Positions 19,300 to 29,294 of a DNA stretch of 64,000 bases are shown here, piece after piece (the stretch's first letter is position 1; the number at the start of each line of letters is the position of its first letter). The position numbers and the translations under genes are program-made. The stretch comes from Candidatus Thorarchaeota archaeon (GTDB lineage: Archaea; Asgardarchaeota; Thorarchaeia; Thorarchaeales; Thorarchaeaceae): positions 2,781,509-2,845,508 of the forward strand of contig CP070761.1 in the NCBI GenBank assembly GCA_020348985.1, given 5' to 3'. The notes beneath the pieces were generated by a model that worked only from the letters and a program-made list of their open reading frames with translations, had not been told where the DNA came from and searched no databases.

Positions 19300-19659
19300 T
19301 CATATACGCTCAAACTGGGCCTTGACAGTCCCACCACAGTAACCACATTTCGCTTCTAGGGGCCCAGTCCATTCCACTGACTCATGGCTTATATCTGCTC
19401 CACAAGATGAGCAGAAATTCGGAAGCCTTACTGCCCGAACATCCGGACTCTGTGGAGTATGCGGGGTTCTCGTATCTCCAGATCTCTGAGGATGTAAATA
19501 TGACGGCATCTCCAATCTAAAGCCGCGACGCGGTGTGTTTGCCCCTTTGCAGATCCGGACAAAGACGATTATGATGACGACAAACATGAATAGCGGGACT
19601 ATCATGAAAAGAATCCCGAAAGCACTAAAGAAGTCAAAGAAGTCGAAGGGTATCTGCAA
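19300..19659 (-). CDS. Membrane-anchored zinc-ribbon protein
   Basis: N-terminal TM helix; C-terminal CSSCG...CGYCG. Confidence 0.65.
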   Translation of the reverse strand: MQIPFDFFDFFSAFGILFMIVPLFMFVVIIIVFVRICKGANTPRRGFRLEMPSYLHPQRSGDTRTPHTPQSPDVRAVRLPNFCSSCGADISHESVEWTGPLEAKCGYCGGTVKAQFERI

Positions 19660-19820
19660 GTGAAAATCCTCTTTTATCTCTGTTTTCGAGCGTTGCGGAC
19701 CCTCATGCCTTATTACCTTTTGGTGGGAAGTGTTGTTTTAGGGATTCAGTGCAGTACTGCCTCTACGGAAGGTATAAAGGGCAGCCGCAGAGCTAGCGGA
19801 ATCAGGAGGCTACACAAAAG

Positions 19821-20180
19821 ATGCAGATTCCAGCATTCCTACTTAGAAAGCTCTACGTGAAAGGGAGCCTCGAGAACGTTGATGGTGGATTCCAGTTTAG
19901 AATCAAGAATTCACTCGCACCTGCAACCTCGATTGCTATGGACCCGCTCAAAGTGAACGACGAGGAGTATCCTCATGATGCAGTGATTGTCAAGTCAGAC
20001 GAAGGCGAGGTCAAGGCGAGTGAGATCTCTGAGAGCAATTCATTCGCTATCAAGGTCGGGGTTGAGATTACAGTCTTTGTGGCGGGAGACTCCTTGCCCG
20101 AAGGTGAGTACAAGCTCGACATTGGCTTCACTACCAAGGAAGCCGGCAAACTTGCTTTCGATGTAACAGACGCCCTTTGA
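19821..20180 (+). CDS. Hypothetical beta-sandwich protein
   Basis: 119-aa ORF with AGGAGG upstream and an alternating beta-strand pattern. Confidence 0.6.
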   Translation: MQIPAFLLRKLYVKGSLENVDGGFQFRIKNSLAPATSIAMDPLKVNDEEYPHDAVIVKSDEGEVKASEISESNSFAIKVGVEITVFVAGDSLPEGEYKLDIGFTTKEAGKLAFDVTDAL

Positions 20181-20196
20181 TCCAGGATATACGGAT

Positions 20197-20222
20197 ATGC
20201 AGAGGGTTGCGTTCCTCTGCAT
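20197..20222. terminator. Stem-loop between convergent genes
   Basis: ATGCAGAGG-8 nt-CCTCTGCAT. Confidence 0.45.
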
Positions 20223-20246
20223 TCCAGGATTCTTGCGTATCTTCTG

Positions 20247-21782
20247 CTAGGATTTCCTTTTGAGCGCTATAACGACAACTACTACCACGATTCCCACTGC
20301 ACCAATTATCAGAAGAGGAAGAGTGGGATCTAATGGCGGGGGCGGTGATATGGTTGTGGTGCCAGGAGCTCTGAACATATACTGCTCGTGAGCCCACACG
20401 CCGTCAGAACCCTGAGCGTACACGTCAAGCGTGTGGTACCCAGGCCCTTCCGGAAGACCGGTTAGAGTTGTGCTATTTGAAGCAGAGTCCCAAGAGTAGT
20501 AGGTCTGTAGTGGTGGTTCGCTGTAAAGGATTTCAGGCATCGAACCAGGCTGCTTGACGCTGGCATTGGGAAATGCCCTCAGTGTAATCTCGATATGACC
20601 CGTGTAGGGCAGGTCGTATCGCTCTTCGACCTCGCTATTCACTTTGATTGCTTCGAAGCTCACATGATTCGGGCTCACATGGACTCGAGTGTAGTGGTGG
20701 TAGGCTTCTTTCCACCATGTGCTATAGAGTGGAGCTCCTGCACCTCCAGTTGTGATATGAACAACCCCGTTCACTGTTATCCTGATGAAAACATGATCAT
20801 GCGCATTGAATACAGCAGTGACATTCTGCTCTTCAAAGAACTGCTGCAATGCATCTCGTTCACTTTTTACGGTGTCAACTCCATTGTCAATATGGAAGAC
20901 CGGATAGAAGGGGCGATGAAGCATTACAAACTTCAGGGGGCTATCATCGTTTGTTAGGTCGTCTATGAGCCAATCATATTGCTCACCAACGAATCTACCC
21001 CAGTAGTCAGTCTCCTCTGTATCAAGGGAGACAAAGTGAACTCCGGCATAATCGAATGAGTAGTAAGTTCTTGGTTCAGCAGGTAATTCGAACGCATCCA
21101 AGTAGTACTCTAGAATTCGTGGACCTTCCTGTCCTTCATCATGATTACCTAGCACGGTATAGACCGGTGCATAATGTCCCAGCATGTCAGTAATGTTAGT
21201 CACTTCCGCCCATTTCTCAAGCGCCAACTCATGGTCTGTCGGAACCTCATATAGGAAATCACCTGGCATAAGAATCAAATGCGGCTCTTCTGCAGCAACC
21301 AATTCAGCTAGTTGATGCGTAATCTCAGGTATGGGTTCATCCCTAGTGCCAGGTCTTGTATCTCCGTAAACAATCATCTTGAAAGGAGCGCCGTCGGCCG
21401 GCGCAGTCAAGAAGTGGTATATCTCACTCTCGGTGCCATTGGACACTACTTGATACCAGTACTTCGTGTCAATCTCGAGACTCTCCAAAGTGATACGATG
21501 GTCAGTGTCAAGAGTGGAGTTTGTTTCGGATTCCATGACGCTCTCATTTAAGCCGTATCTAACAGTTGCATCTGTCGTTTCGTTCGTCCGCCAGAATATC
21601 ATGGCCGAGTGATTTGTGACGAAATTCACAGTTGGCCCCCTTATGAAGAATTGATCCTCAGCTGGAATAACCTTCGATGCGACGGCCACTTCACTTGCTA
21701 GTGTAGTCGGACCTGCAACCCAGGCAAACAAGGGCATCACAATCAAAGAGATGATGACGGCATAGCCTAACAGCTTTCGCAT
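20247..21782 (-). CDS. Surface-anchored purple acid phosphatase-like metallophosphoesterase (FN3 + calcineurin-like domain)
   Basis: Signal peptide, FN3-like domain, YGD / PGD / GNHD / LH / AHDH metal motifs, C-terminal TM helix with basic tail. Confidence 0.85.
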   Translation of the reverse strand: MRKLLGYAVIISLIVMPLFAWVAGPTTLASEVAVASKVIPAEDQFFIRGPTVNFVTNHSAMIFWRTNETTDATVRYGLNESVMESETNSTLDTDHRITLESLEIDTKYWYQVVSNGTESEIYHFLTAPADGAPFKMIVYGDTRPGTRDEPIPEITHQLAELVAAEEPHLILMPGDFLYEVPTDHELALEKWAEVTNITDMLGHYAPVYTVLGNHDEGQEGPRILEYYLDAFELPAEPRTYYSFDYAGVHFVSLDTEETDYWGRFVGEQYDWLIDDLTNDDSPLKFVMLHRPFYPVFHIDNGVDTVKSERDALQQFFEEQNVTAVFNAHDHVFIRITVNGVVHITTGGAGAPLYSTWWKEAYHHYTRVHVSPNHVSFEAIKVNSEVEERYDLPYTGHIEITLRAFPNASVKQPGSMPEILYSEPPLQTYYSWDSASNSTTLTGLPEGPGYHTLDVYAQGSDGVWAHEQYMFRAPGTTTISPPPPLDPTLPLLIIGAVGIVVVVVVIALKRKS

Positions 21783-21881
21783 TACGAGCACCAACTAGTC
21801 AATACTACTGTCCTGTACTTAAGGAATCGGATTCCTCGACGAGACCCAATAGAGTTTTGAGGTTTCAACACACGAGGCTAT

Positions 21882-22805
21882 TTGGTGGGCAATTTGTACG
21901 TAAAGATAAGGACGGATGGAGCCCTAGGAATAGGACGAGGAACCGAAGGCAAGGCTGAGATTGCAATTGGGTACGGCGAGGCACACATGATAGCGGCCGC
22001 CCTTGAGAAACTCGCTCAGACTGCACGCAGTTACAGGCAGACTTACAGAAAGACAACAGATGTTGGCGCTGGAAACAAAATCGATTTCGAACGTGCAGAT
22101 GACGGCAGGATTTCTCTAATCGGCGATGGTCAGCAGTACTACTGTACGGAAGAGGAGATTCGAGAGCTTGCTGAGAAGCTCAAACACTTGCCACCGGTGG
22201 AAGTGGCTCCTGCTTCTGACTACGTAGAGAAGGCAGCTCCTAAAGATGGATTCTGTGTCCTCGTCAAGAATGGCGGCAAGCAGATTAAACTAAAACTGCC
22301 TGATGCAGCACTCGTCAAGGCTGCTGTCAAATCAAGTCTTGATAGCAGGTTCTTTGAGGAGAATATCAAGATTGGTGACAGAACTCTGGCGATCAACAGG
22401 AGCAGCGATCTGAAATGGTCACTCAGTTCTGACAATGAGTCGGTCAGGTTCACTGCGTATGAGGTGGAGGCACTTCTGGCCGGACTTCACAACACAATCC
22501 TGGATGTGCTGATGGATGCTGTGAAGTCGAAGGGGTCTGACAAAATCGCAGACATCAGAGTAAAGAGCCAGATTCAACGAATCGAGCAAGAAGCGACAAA
22601 GGTACTTGCCGAACATAGTAAAGGTAAGGGGATCATCAAGCAGCTGACAAAGGTGGCCAATCAGATTCTCGGCACCGGCACAGACGCTGATGCAAGAGCA
22701 CATGATTTTATCCGGCTGTGCAACTACATCCATTCCAAGCTTGAGCCGGAGTTCCTTGAGCCACTATTTGAGATTCTCTCATTTACGCTGGTCACTGACA
22801 CCTAG
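21882..22805 (+). CDS. Hypothetical protein with four internal beta-beta-beta-alpha repeats and a helical C-terminus
   Basis: 307-aa ORF; repeats described in the findings. Confidence 0.65.
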   Translation: MVGNLYVKIRTDGALGIGRGTEGKAEIAIGYGEAHMIAAALEKLAQTARSYRQTYRKTTDVGAGNKIDFERADDGRISLIGDGQQYYCTEEEIRELAEKLKHLPPVEVAPASDYVEKAAPKDGFCVLVKNGGKQIKLKLPDAALVKAAVKSSLDSRFFEENIKIGDRTLAINRSSDLKWSLSSDNESVRFTAYEVEALLAGLHNTILDVLMDAVKSKGSDKIADIRVKSQIQRIEQEATKVLAEHSKGKGIIKQLTKVANQILGTGTDADARAHDFIRLCNYIHSKLEPEFLEPLFEILSFTLVTDT

Positions 22806-22833
22806 TGCTTGTTCAATAATCTCCGCAAGTCTT

Positions 22834-23736
22834 ATGAAACGGGCCAAGTCTAGATTCGTCGAAGAGGAGGCCGCTAGAACGAGCTACTTGGAGCAACTAA
22901 GACGCCGTTGGGGACTTAGAGCACCTCGACAGCTTCTCAAAATGTTCAGAAGACACCGAACTTCATTCGAGACCATTCTTGCGAATATCTTCGAGGTACT
23001 GGATTCGAATGGAGGGAAGTTTGCCTTTCCCACGGTGGCTGCCGTAGCGAAGATGCGTCCGGAACTTGTGCAAGAGATTGTGAAGGAGGGGTGTGAAGTC
23101 GCAAGCCATGGATACAATCACTTGAGATATCCCACGCTGACTCCAGAAGGCCGCCTTGAAGATCTCACTAGAAGTCTCAAGACCTTCAAACAGATGGGAA
23201 TAAAGATAGACGGATTCAGGGCGCCATATGACAACTACACCGATGACATGCCAGCAATGTTAGAGAAACAGTCTCTGGTTTGGGACGGCGGTTTTGGCTA
23301 CCGAAGCGAACATCGCGAGAAGGACTACTTCTTCAATCTGGAAATAGAGGGACGCACCTCAGGTGTGACCTATATTCCTCTCAGCATCTGGAGCGATGAC
23401 AAGATGATTGATGAGATGGGAATGAATCCCGAGGCGGTTTCAAAACGACTCAAACTCGAAGTTGAAAGGACCTCGAAGAATGAGGCGATGGTAATGTTTG
23501 ACCTTCATCCCATTAGGATTGGACAGCCGGAGTTTGTACACTGTTTGGATGATGTCCTACAACATGCCAATTCACTTGGAGGATGGAGTTCTACACCTGT
23601 AGAAGCTGTTAGATACTGGAACAAACACAGAACCTGGAAGTCTGATGCAACATTCTGTCTTCTTCTCACTGGTGACATTGATAACTGGGTTTTCTCAGAC
23701 TATCTAAGAAGAGTGCTTTGGAAAAGAATGAGCTGA
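22834..23736 (+). CDS. Polysaccharide deacetylase (NodB/CE4) family protein
   Basis: GCEVASHGYNH, GFRAPY, DLHP motifs. Start ATG 22834. Confidence 0.8.
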   Translation: MKRAKSRFVEEEAARTSYLEQLRRRWGLRAPRQLLKMFRRHRTSFETILANIFEVLDSNGGKFAFPTVAAVAKMRPELVQEIVKEGCEVASHGYNHLRYPTLTPEGRLEDLTRSLKTFKQMGIKIDGFRAPYDNYTDDMPAMLEKQSLVWDGGFGYRSEHREKDYFFNLEIEGRTSGVTYIPLSIWSDDKMIDEMGMNPEAVSKRLKLEVERTSKNEAMVMFDLHPIRIGQPEFVHCLDDVLQHANSLGGWSSTPVEAVRYWNKHRTWKSDATFCLLLTGDIDNWVFSDYLRRVLWKRMS

Positions 23737-24198
23737 ATGGAGACGAGAAAGATGGGGAAAATCATTGGGAGGTTTCTTAGGATACTAGCTTGGCTTGCTC
23801 CGTTCTATCAATTCCGTGTGTCTGTACACAGGAAGTGCGGAATCAAGATTGGTAAAGGCGTTTTCATTGGACCCAATGTGATGTTTGATAGTGAACACCC
23901 AGAGTACATCGAAATCCAAGACTGGGTGGCAATTGGACCTGGTGCGATAATCATGGCACACGGAGGTGCCAGTGCACTTCACCAGAAACTGAAACTCTAC
24001 GACCAGCCTCCAAAGAAGATCACAATTGAGAAAGGAGCGTGGATTGCAGCGGGGGCGATAATCCTCCCTGGCGTCACCGTGGGCCAGGGGGCCGTAGTAG
24101 CTGCAGGGGCCGTAGTCAGCAGAGATGTACAACCAATGACACTCGTTGTGGGCAACCCAGCGAGGGCTGTGCAAAAGCTAAGCCGGTCAGGCGACTAG
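23737..24198 (+). CDS. Left-handed beta-helix (hexapeptide) O-acyltransferase
   Basis: KIGKGVFIG, IMAH, WIAAGAIILPGVTVG.GAVVAAGAVVSRDV...VGNPAR. Confidence 0.88.
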   Translation: METRKMGKIIGRFLRILAWLAPFYQFRVSVHRKCGIKIGKGVFIGPNVMFDSEHPEYIEIQDWVAIGPGAIIMAHGGASALHQKLKLYDQPPKKITIEKGAWIAAGAIILPGVTVGQGAVVAAGAVVSRDVQPMTLVVGNPARAVQKLSRSGD

Positions 24199-24199
24199 G

Positions 24200-24433
24200 T
24201 CAGAGCTTGCTTGCAAGGACCTTCTTGAGATCACCGATAGTCCAGATATCAACGACCTCGTCATCGTCGAAGAAGATATTGAATCTGCTCTCGACCTCAC
24301 TGATGAGTAGCAGATGCGCCATAGAATCCCACGGTTCGTAGTCCTTCCTCTTCAGGTCATCCGATATCTCGTCTTTGTCAAGCAGAAGGACAAGTGAGAC
24401 AATCTCAGCAATACGATCGTCTATTTCGGTCAT
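24200..24433 (-). CDS. Acyl carrier protein
   Basis: 77-aa acidic protein with the WDSM phosphopantetheine site, E.RFNI.F and TIGD. Confidence 0.9.
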   Translation of the reverse strand: MTEIDDRIAEIVSLVLLLDKDEISDDLKRKDYEPWDSMAHLLLISEVESRFNIFFDDDEVVDIWTIGDLKKVLASKL

Positions 24434-24436
24434 TAT

Positions 24437-26272
24437 CTATTCCTCTCTAACCTCGATCCACTCGGGTATCTCGACTGTCTGCTCATCGAGATTGAGAATC
24501 CAAGATGTTACACCAGCCTCATCCGTTGTAGGCATTCCAAATCCATGACGTTCGTACAGATCCGAAGCAGGGGGGTTCTTCTTTGTGGGTATGTATTCAC
24601 CAATCACGCGAGAGGCTCCAGCGGCTCGCGCATCGGCGATTATTCTCGCCAAGAAAGCGGTCTCGACCGACCGTCCTATTACTCTGCAGCTCATCAAGAA
24701 CGAATCAATAATCCTGTCACCATTATTTGCTTTCACAATGGCGACGCCTACGACACCCTCGTCTCCGAATTTGTCGGTGACAGCCATGCTGTATACGGTT
24801 GAATCCTCCGAATCTCGGAACTGCTGTACTTGAGCGTCTGTATATCTTCTAGTCGTCAAATTGAACTGATTCGTCTTGCCTATCAATTGGACTACCCTAG
24901 GTGTGTCAAAGTCGCTGACTGGTTGTATCAGAACCTTGAGATCCAGAGTCTTCAAGAAATCATCAAGTGATCCTGCATCCCTCTCTAATTCAGCACGCTT
25001 TCGCTTCCCAACGTACATCTCTCCGCGCGCCATGTCTTCCTTAGTGAGAGACAATACATCAAACACGTCTAGGTTCTCTAAAGTCTGGCGATAGAGTCGG
25101 GGATTCTCAGGAAGGTCAACGACCAGAACCTCAGGTAATGTCTGTCTTACCTGCTCCCTTTCCACGGGACTGTCGTCAATGAAGACAATGCTGTCTAGAC
25201 CAATGTTTATCTCTTCAGCGAGTTCGATCAGATTCGTAGGTTTGTTCTGCCAGTTGATTCTTAGCGCAGCAAAATGCTCCTCACGGAGAACTTGGTAAGG
25301 ATGTTCTCTGAGCACCTTAATTGCGTCCTCGAAATTGTTCTTGCTGTTGACTGCGAGAATGATTCCGCGGTTGTAGAGACTGAGTAGCACTCTTTGGAAG
25401 TCCACATATTCAATACCAGGAGATGTGTTGCCTAGCTTGATACCTTCCATACCATCTTCGCCGATGATTCCTCCCCAGAGTGTGTTGTCAAGGTCAAGTA
25501 CGATGCACTTCTTGGCCAGACCTCGAATGGCCCGGATGTAGCGCAAGTATCCCTCAGCTACGACGGGTGTGAATTCCTCGCTGAATGGAATCGACCCTCT
25601 GTACATTGTATTCCAATTTACGACTCGGTCTTTGCCAAAGGCTGCAGCCGTAGAGTCCAGATCAACAACATGAACCCTATTTGAGGTACGAAACTCTTCA
25701 GCAAGAGCTCTGTTTGCGTCCGCGAAGAAGTCTCTGATTCCCAATTGCTGTTTGGAGTCGGCAACTCCTAGAGGAGAGAATACCGGGACGATGAAGTTGT
25801 TGACAAGTACCAAGGCAGACGTGCTCTTCTCCAGCTCTTTCGCTACTGCAGAAACAGCTTTGACGATCTCCTTTTGGGAAGACTTCCTTTCCTTGTCATT
25901 CATCCTTGGAAAAGATGATAGAAAGAGTTGATCAAGCAGAGACCATGCGTCAACAGCAAGCACGACAACATCCGGGTCCAGCTGACGAAAAGGTGACATT
26001 GGATCGAGAGCTTCCTGACGAAATGTGTTGAAGCCCCCAATGAATGTCTGAGGATGCAGGCCCTCCAGTCTAATCATAACATCAAGACAGGCTGCTACTG
26101 GTTCCAGTGTTGATGAGCCGATCACAGCCACACGTATCAACTGCGTTTCGTCTTCAGGAGGGGGAATCTCGAGGCGCTCGATCTTCTTGAAGACGCTCCA
26201 GTATCCAAGATAGGACGGGTTCTCACGAACGGTTTCGAGAAGGTCTGAGATAGCTTTATCGTTGTCACCCAT
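24437..26272 (-). CDS. fkbH: FkbH-like glyceryl-S-ACP synthase (HAD-IIIC + acyltransferase domain, SGNH-like N-domain)
   Basis: KCIVLDLDNTLWGG.IGEDG, SKN, INW..K, FIDDSP.ER, KTNQFNLTT.RY, DKFGD.G and LMSCRVIGR (thioester Cys). Confidence 0.93.
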   Translation of the reverse strand: MGDNDKAISDLLETVRENPSYLGYWSVFKKIERLEIPPPEDETQLIRVAVIGSSTLEPVAACLDVMIRLEGLHPQTFIGGFNTFRQEALDPMSPFRQLDPDVVVLAVDAWSLLDQLFLSSFPRMNDKERKSSQKEIVKAVSAVAKELEKSTSALVLVNNFIVPVFSPLGVADSKQQLGIRDFFADANRALAEEFRTSNRVHVVDLDSTAAAFGKDRVVNWNTMYRGSIPFSEEFTPVVAEGYLRYIRAIRGLAKKCIVLDLDNTLWGGIIGEDGMEGIKLGNTSPGIEYVDFQRVLLSLYNRGIILAVNSKNNFEDAIKVLREHPYQVLREEHFAALRINWQNKPTNLIELAEEINIGLDSIVFIDDSPVEREQVRQTLPEVLVVDLPENPRLYRQTLENLDVFDVLSLTKEDMARGEMYVGKRKRAELERDAGSLDDFLKTLDLKVLIQPVSDFDTPRVVQLIGKTNQFNLTTRRYTDAQVQQFRDSEDSTVYSMAVTDKFGDEGVVGVAIVKANNGDRIIDSFLMSCRVIGRSVETAFLARIIADARAAGASRVIGEYIPTKKNPPASDLYERHGFGMPTTDEAGVTSWILNLDEQTVEIPEWIEVREE

Positions 26273-26277
26273 ATGCC

Positions 26278-26730
26278 TCACTCTCTCTGCAAAAGCTCTA
26301 GGACAGCTCTGTCTATCTTCGCCTGAATATCACCCAGTTCTAGTGATCGAGCACGTGGATACGAAACCGCAACTGCAACTGCGTGGGTCGAAGAGAACGA
26401 TAAACTCACTCTAATCTGATTCCCGTCCGGACCGTCTAACAGCCTCACATTTGGGACTCCTTCAGTGCTCCTGATTATCTCGATACTCGCAATTCTGCCA
26501 ATGTTATTCAGTTCTAGTGCCTTTGCAACGGCTTCCTTTCCCGCAAACGTAACAGCTAGATGCGGTGCGGGATCCTGAAAGCTGAAACAGTACGAACTCT
26601 CAATTCTCGTGAAAACCCTCTGGACAAACGGGGAATCTTCGGTAAGACCTCTGAATCGCTCTATTTCAACGATGTCTGTTCCTATTTGTGCTTCTTCAAG
26701 CTCTGAGGTCTCGACCTCGTCACTACACAA
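26278..26730 (-). CDS. acpS: Holo-ACP synthase (4'-phosphopantetheinyl transferase, AcpS type)
   Basis: IGTDIVEIERF, RVFT..E, FAGKEAVAKAL; adjacent to fkbH and ACP. Confidence 0.88.
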   Translation of the reverse strand: MCSDEVETSELEEAQIGTDIVEIERFRGLTEDSPFVQRVFTRIESSYCFSFQDPAPHLAVTFAGKEAVAKALELNNIGRIASIEIIRSTEGVPNVRLLDGPDGNQIRVSLSFSSTHAVAVAVSYPRARSLELGDIQAKIDRAVLELLQRE

Positions 26731-26790
26731 CTTGACTCGACCGCCCTATCTTCTGGAGTCTCTTATAATGATATGGAAGAACCAATAGGA

Positions 26791-28230
26791 TCAAAGCTTA
26801 GAATCCTGCACAAGTTGAGCCGAGGACCACGGATAACGTTCTAGGATTGAGTCCAGAAGAGCCTGAACCTTCCTAACCTCTGAGGTGCCCTGATACGCCA
26901 GCAGGAGAACCAACCCGCCCCTCGTACGCTTGAATTTCTGGTACATTGTCTTGCTCGTACTTATCGTGTCACAGACCACCATCACATCAGCCTGCGGGAT
27001 GTCTAGGTCTCGCTCTCCAACTGGAGACATTACGAGGACTTCGACATCCTCGTTCTCCCGGAACTCCCTCAGAATCTCACCCTTGTCACGAGTCTGGCCT
27101 GTGATTGTGATTGTGGATAACCCAGCCCTCGTCAGTGTTTCCTCAATTTGAGCAACCATTTCGAGATACGAGGATAGCACGACCGTCTTTCGATATTGCT
27201 TGGCGATCTCAAGGACTCGAAGTGTCTTCAAAGATATCTCGGACAGACTCTTGTGTAGATGAGCTACGTTGAAATATCGTTTCAAATAGTCAGTATGGAA
27301 CATCCGAAGGAATCTATTGGCGGGCATGGCGTAGACGTACTTCCGGATGAGCAGCAGGCCCGAATAACGGCTCTTCAGTTCATCACTTATTGGTAGTCTT
27401 TCAATCATCAAATGTATTCGTCTAACATCTCCTTCCACTAGGTCAAGATTTCCGGATTCATCCAGTTCCTGCAAAATCTCTTGGCGTGTGTTTCGGATTA
27501 GCTCGTCCAAGACGACAAGAATCGACCGAATCTTCACATCAGTGACAAGGTTGATTGTGAGGAACGTAGGCTCAATGTGTTCTTCTACATCGGTGCCATA
27601 GAGATCTTCCATGGAGATTACTTCAGATTCCGGTATCTGTTCCCTCAATGTGCGAAGCTCGTTTCGTATTTCCAGCTGTTCTTCCGTAAACACCGCATGG
27701 TCGTCGCGTAGTGTTCCGCTCATACCGATAATCCACTTCCCTGCAAAGAAACCCAGAATGGTTCGCCATGGAAAGACGACCGTGGTTCTGCCTCCAGTTC
27801 TTTTGATTATAGTATCAACTTCGTTGATTAGTATCATATCGTAAGCTTCCAGAAGTGAGGGTTCTTTCTCCACCATCCTAGCCAATATCTGAGGAGTTGC
27901 TACAACAACCCTCTTCTCCCGTAATACAATGGGTCGGAGGGGAGACCTTACTCTGGATGATAGCTCTCCAAGGTCATCCTCGAGACCACCATACTCGCTC
28001 CTCAGATAGTCCATGGTTTCTGCGAGAGATGATGACGAGTGAACAACTATGATGATTCTCGTCTCAGGAAACCGCTCAGCAACAATCTGATGAGTGATGA
28101 ATCGTTTCCCCAGTCCGCAATCTAGCTCAAGCAATAGATTAGTGCCAGCCATCGAACTAATCCTGTCAAGGATGTAATTCTGGTATCCCCTTGGGGTGTA
28201 CTTTGTCTGGGCACTTGGCATTGCATTCAC
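26791..28230 (-). CDS. SF2 (Hef/ERCC4-like) helicase homologue with degenerate motifs
   Basis: PRGYQ Q-motif, CGLGKR, VATPQ, INEVD, MSGT, GERDLDIP.AD and QKFKRTRG. Confidence 0.7.
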   Translation of the reverse strand: MNAMPSAQTKYTPRGYQNYILDRISSMAGTNLLLELDCGLGKRFITHQIVAERFPETRIIIVVHSSSSLAETMDYLRSEYGGLEDDLGELSSRVRSPLRPIVLREKRVVVATPQILARMVEKEPSLLEAYDMILINEVDTIIKRTGGRTTVVFPWRTILGFFAGKWIIGMSGTLRDDHAVFTEEQLEIRNELRTLREQIPESEVISMEDLYGTDVEEHIEPTFLTINLVTDVKIRSILVVLDELIRNTRQEILQELDESGNLDLVEGDVRRIHLMIERLPISDELKSRYSGLLLIRKYVYAMPANRFLRMFHTDYLKRYFNVAHLHKSLSEISLKTLRVLEIAKQYRKTVVLSSYLEMVAQIEETLTRAGLSTITITGQTRDKGEILREFRENEDVEVLVMSPVGERDLDIPQADVMVVCDTISTSKTMYQKFKRTRGGLVLLLAYQGTSEVRKVQALLDSILERYPWSSAQLVQDSKL

Positions 28231-28321
28231 TTGAGATTCTTGGACTCAACCAACCGTGCACTTCATTCGGTCTTAAGAACCTAGAGTATAGGTGGTTCCA
28301 TAAGGAATCTGACAATCACTT

Positions 28322-29194
28322 CTAGTCGTCCTCATTGAGGGCGTCTACATGGTCCTCGACATTTCTGATTTGCACTGGGTCCGCCATTCCATGGAAGGTG
28401 ACCTCGGAAGTCGATTCGACGTCACCCCTTCTCAATGGAGTCGCCCTTCCGCTTACCCATATAGTGCCAGCCTGAATCTTGCGATTCTTTGGAACAACCG
28501 AGTTGGCCCCAATGACCGCGTTGTCTCCAATCTCTGCACCAGGCATGATAATCGCGTAACCCCCAACAGTGACATTGTCACCAATCTTGACCTTCTTGAG
28601 GTACAGCGAATTGCCTTCAAAGACATGAGCAGATATAATCGCGCCGTAGCCTGTATAGCAATTCCTTCCGATTTCGACTCGCTCTGGTGTGAACACGAGA
28701 CTATTGCCCAGTACTGTGTCCTTTCCAATCTTGGCCCCAAATTGAACCTGCCTTACCCTACCATCGATATACGGTGCAAAGAGCCAGATGAAGTGTCTTA
28801 ATAGAGCATAGTAGGTTTCGCGGAACTCGTAGATCAACCATTCATCAGAGTCCCGAGTATAGTAGCCTTCATCGACCATGGGTATCGCCAAACGGGACAA
28901 CTTGAACATTGCCACCAGGACAGTGAGAAACACAGTGTAGCAGACCAAGCCGATAGGTACGACTAGAATGAGGAACCAGAACTTCTCGTACACAAACTGC
29001 GGAAAAGCACCTGCAAATTGGATTTCGACGAAGGCCTGAATGTCTTGGAATGGCCATCCGAAACCATTAATCACGGGGTCGAGATTCTGAAGAGCATAGA
29101 AGAACATGAAGACCGGAATGATTGATGCTATCGCCATACTGATTAGAATCGATAGGGCCATGTAGATTCCGTATACTCTGGTCTTGACTTTCAG
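28322..29194 (-). CDS. Membrane-anchored left-handed beta-helix acyltransferase (paralogue 1)
   Basis: Two TM helices, then FGAKIGKD, ISAHVFEG, VKIGDNVTVG. Probable CTG start at 29194; first ATG at 29161. Confidence 0.8.
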   Translation of the reverse strand: MKVKTRVYGIYMALSILISMAIASIIPVFMFFYALQNLDPVINGFGWPFQDIQAFVEIQFAGAFPQFVYEKFWFLILVVPIGLVCYTVFLTVLVAMFKLSRLAIPMVDEGYYTRDSDEWLIYEFRETYYALLRHFIWLFAPYIDGRVRQVQFGAKIGKDTVLGNSLVFTPERVEIGRNCYTGYGAIISAHVFEGNSLYLKKVKIGDNVTVGGYAIIMPGAEIGDNAVIGANSVVPKNRKIQAGTIWVSGRATPLRRGDVESTSEVTFHGMADPVQIRNVEDHVDALNEDD

Positions 29195-29294
29195 TTTCCG
29201 GCCTCCTATGCCAATGATTTTCCGTCACCGGAATCAGTCGGAATAAGAACCTTCCCGTGCAGTGCTTCCGACGTTTTCTGAAGAATTCTTTGCT

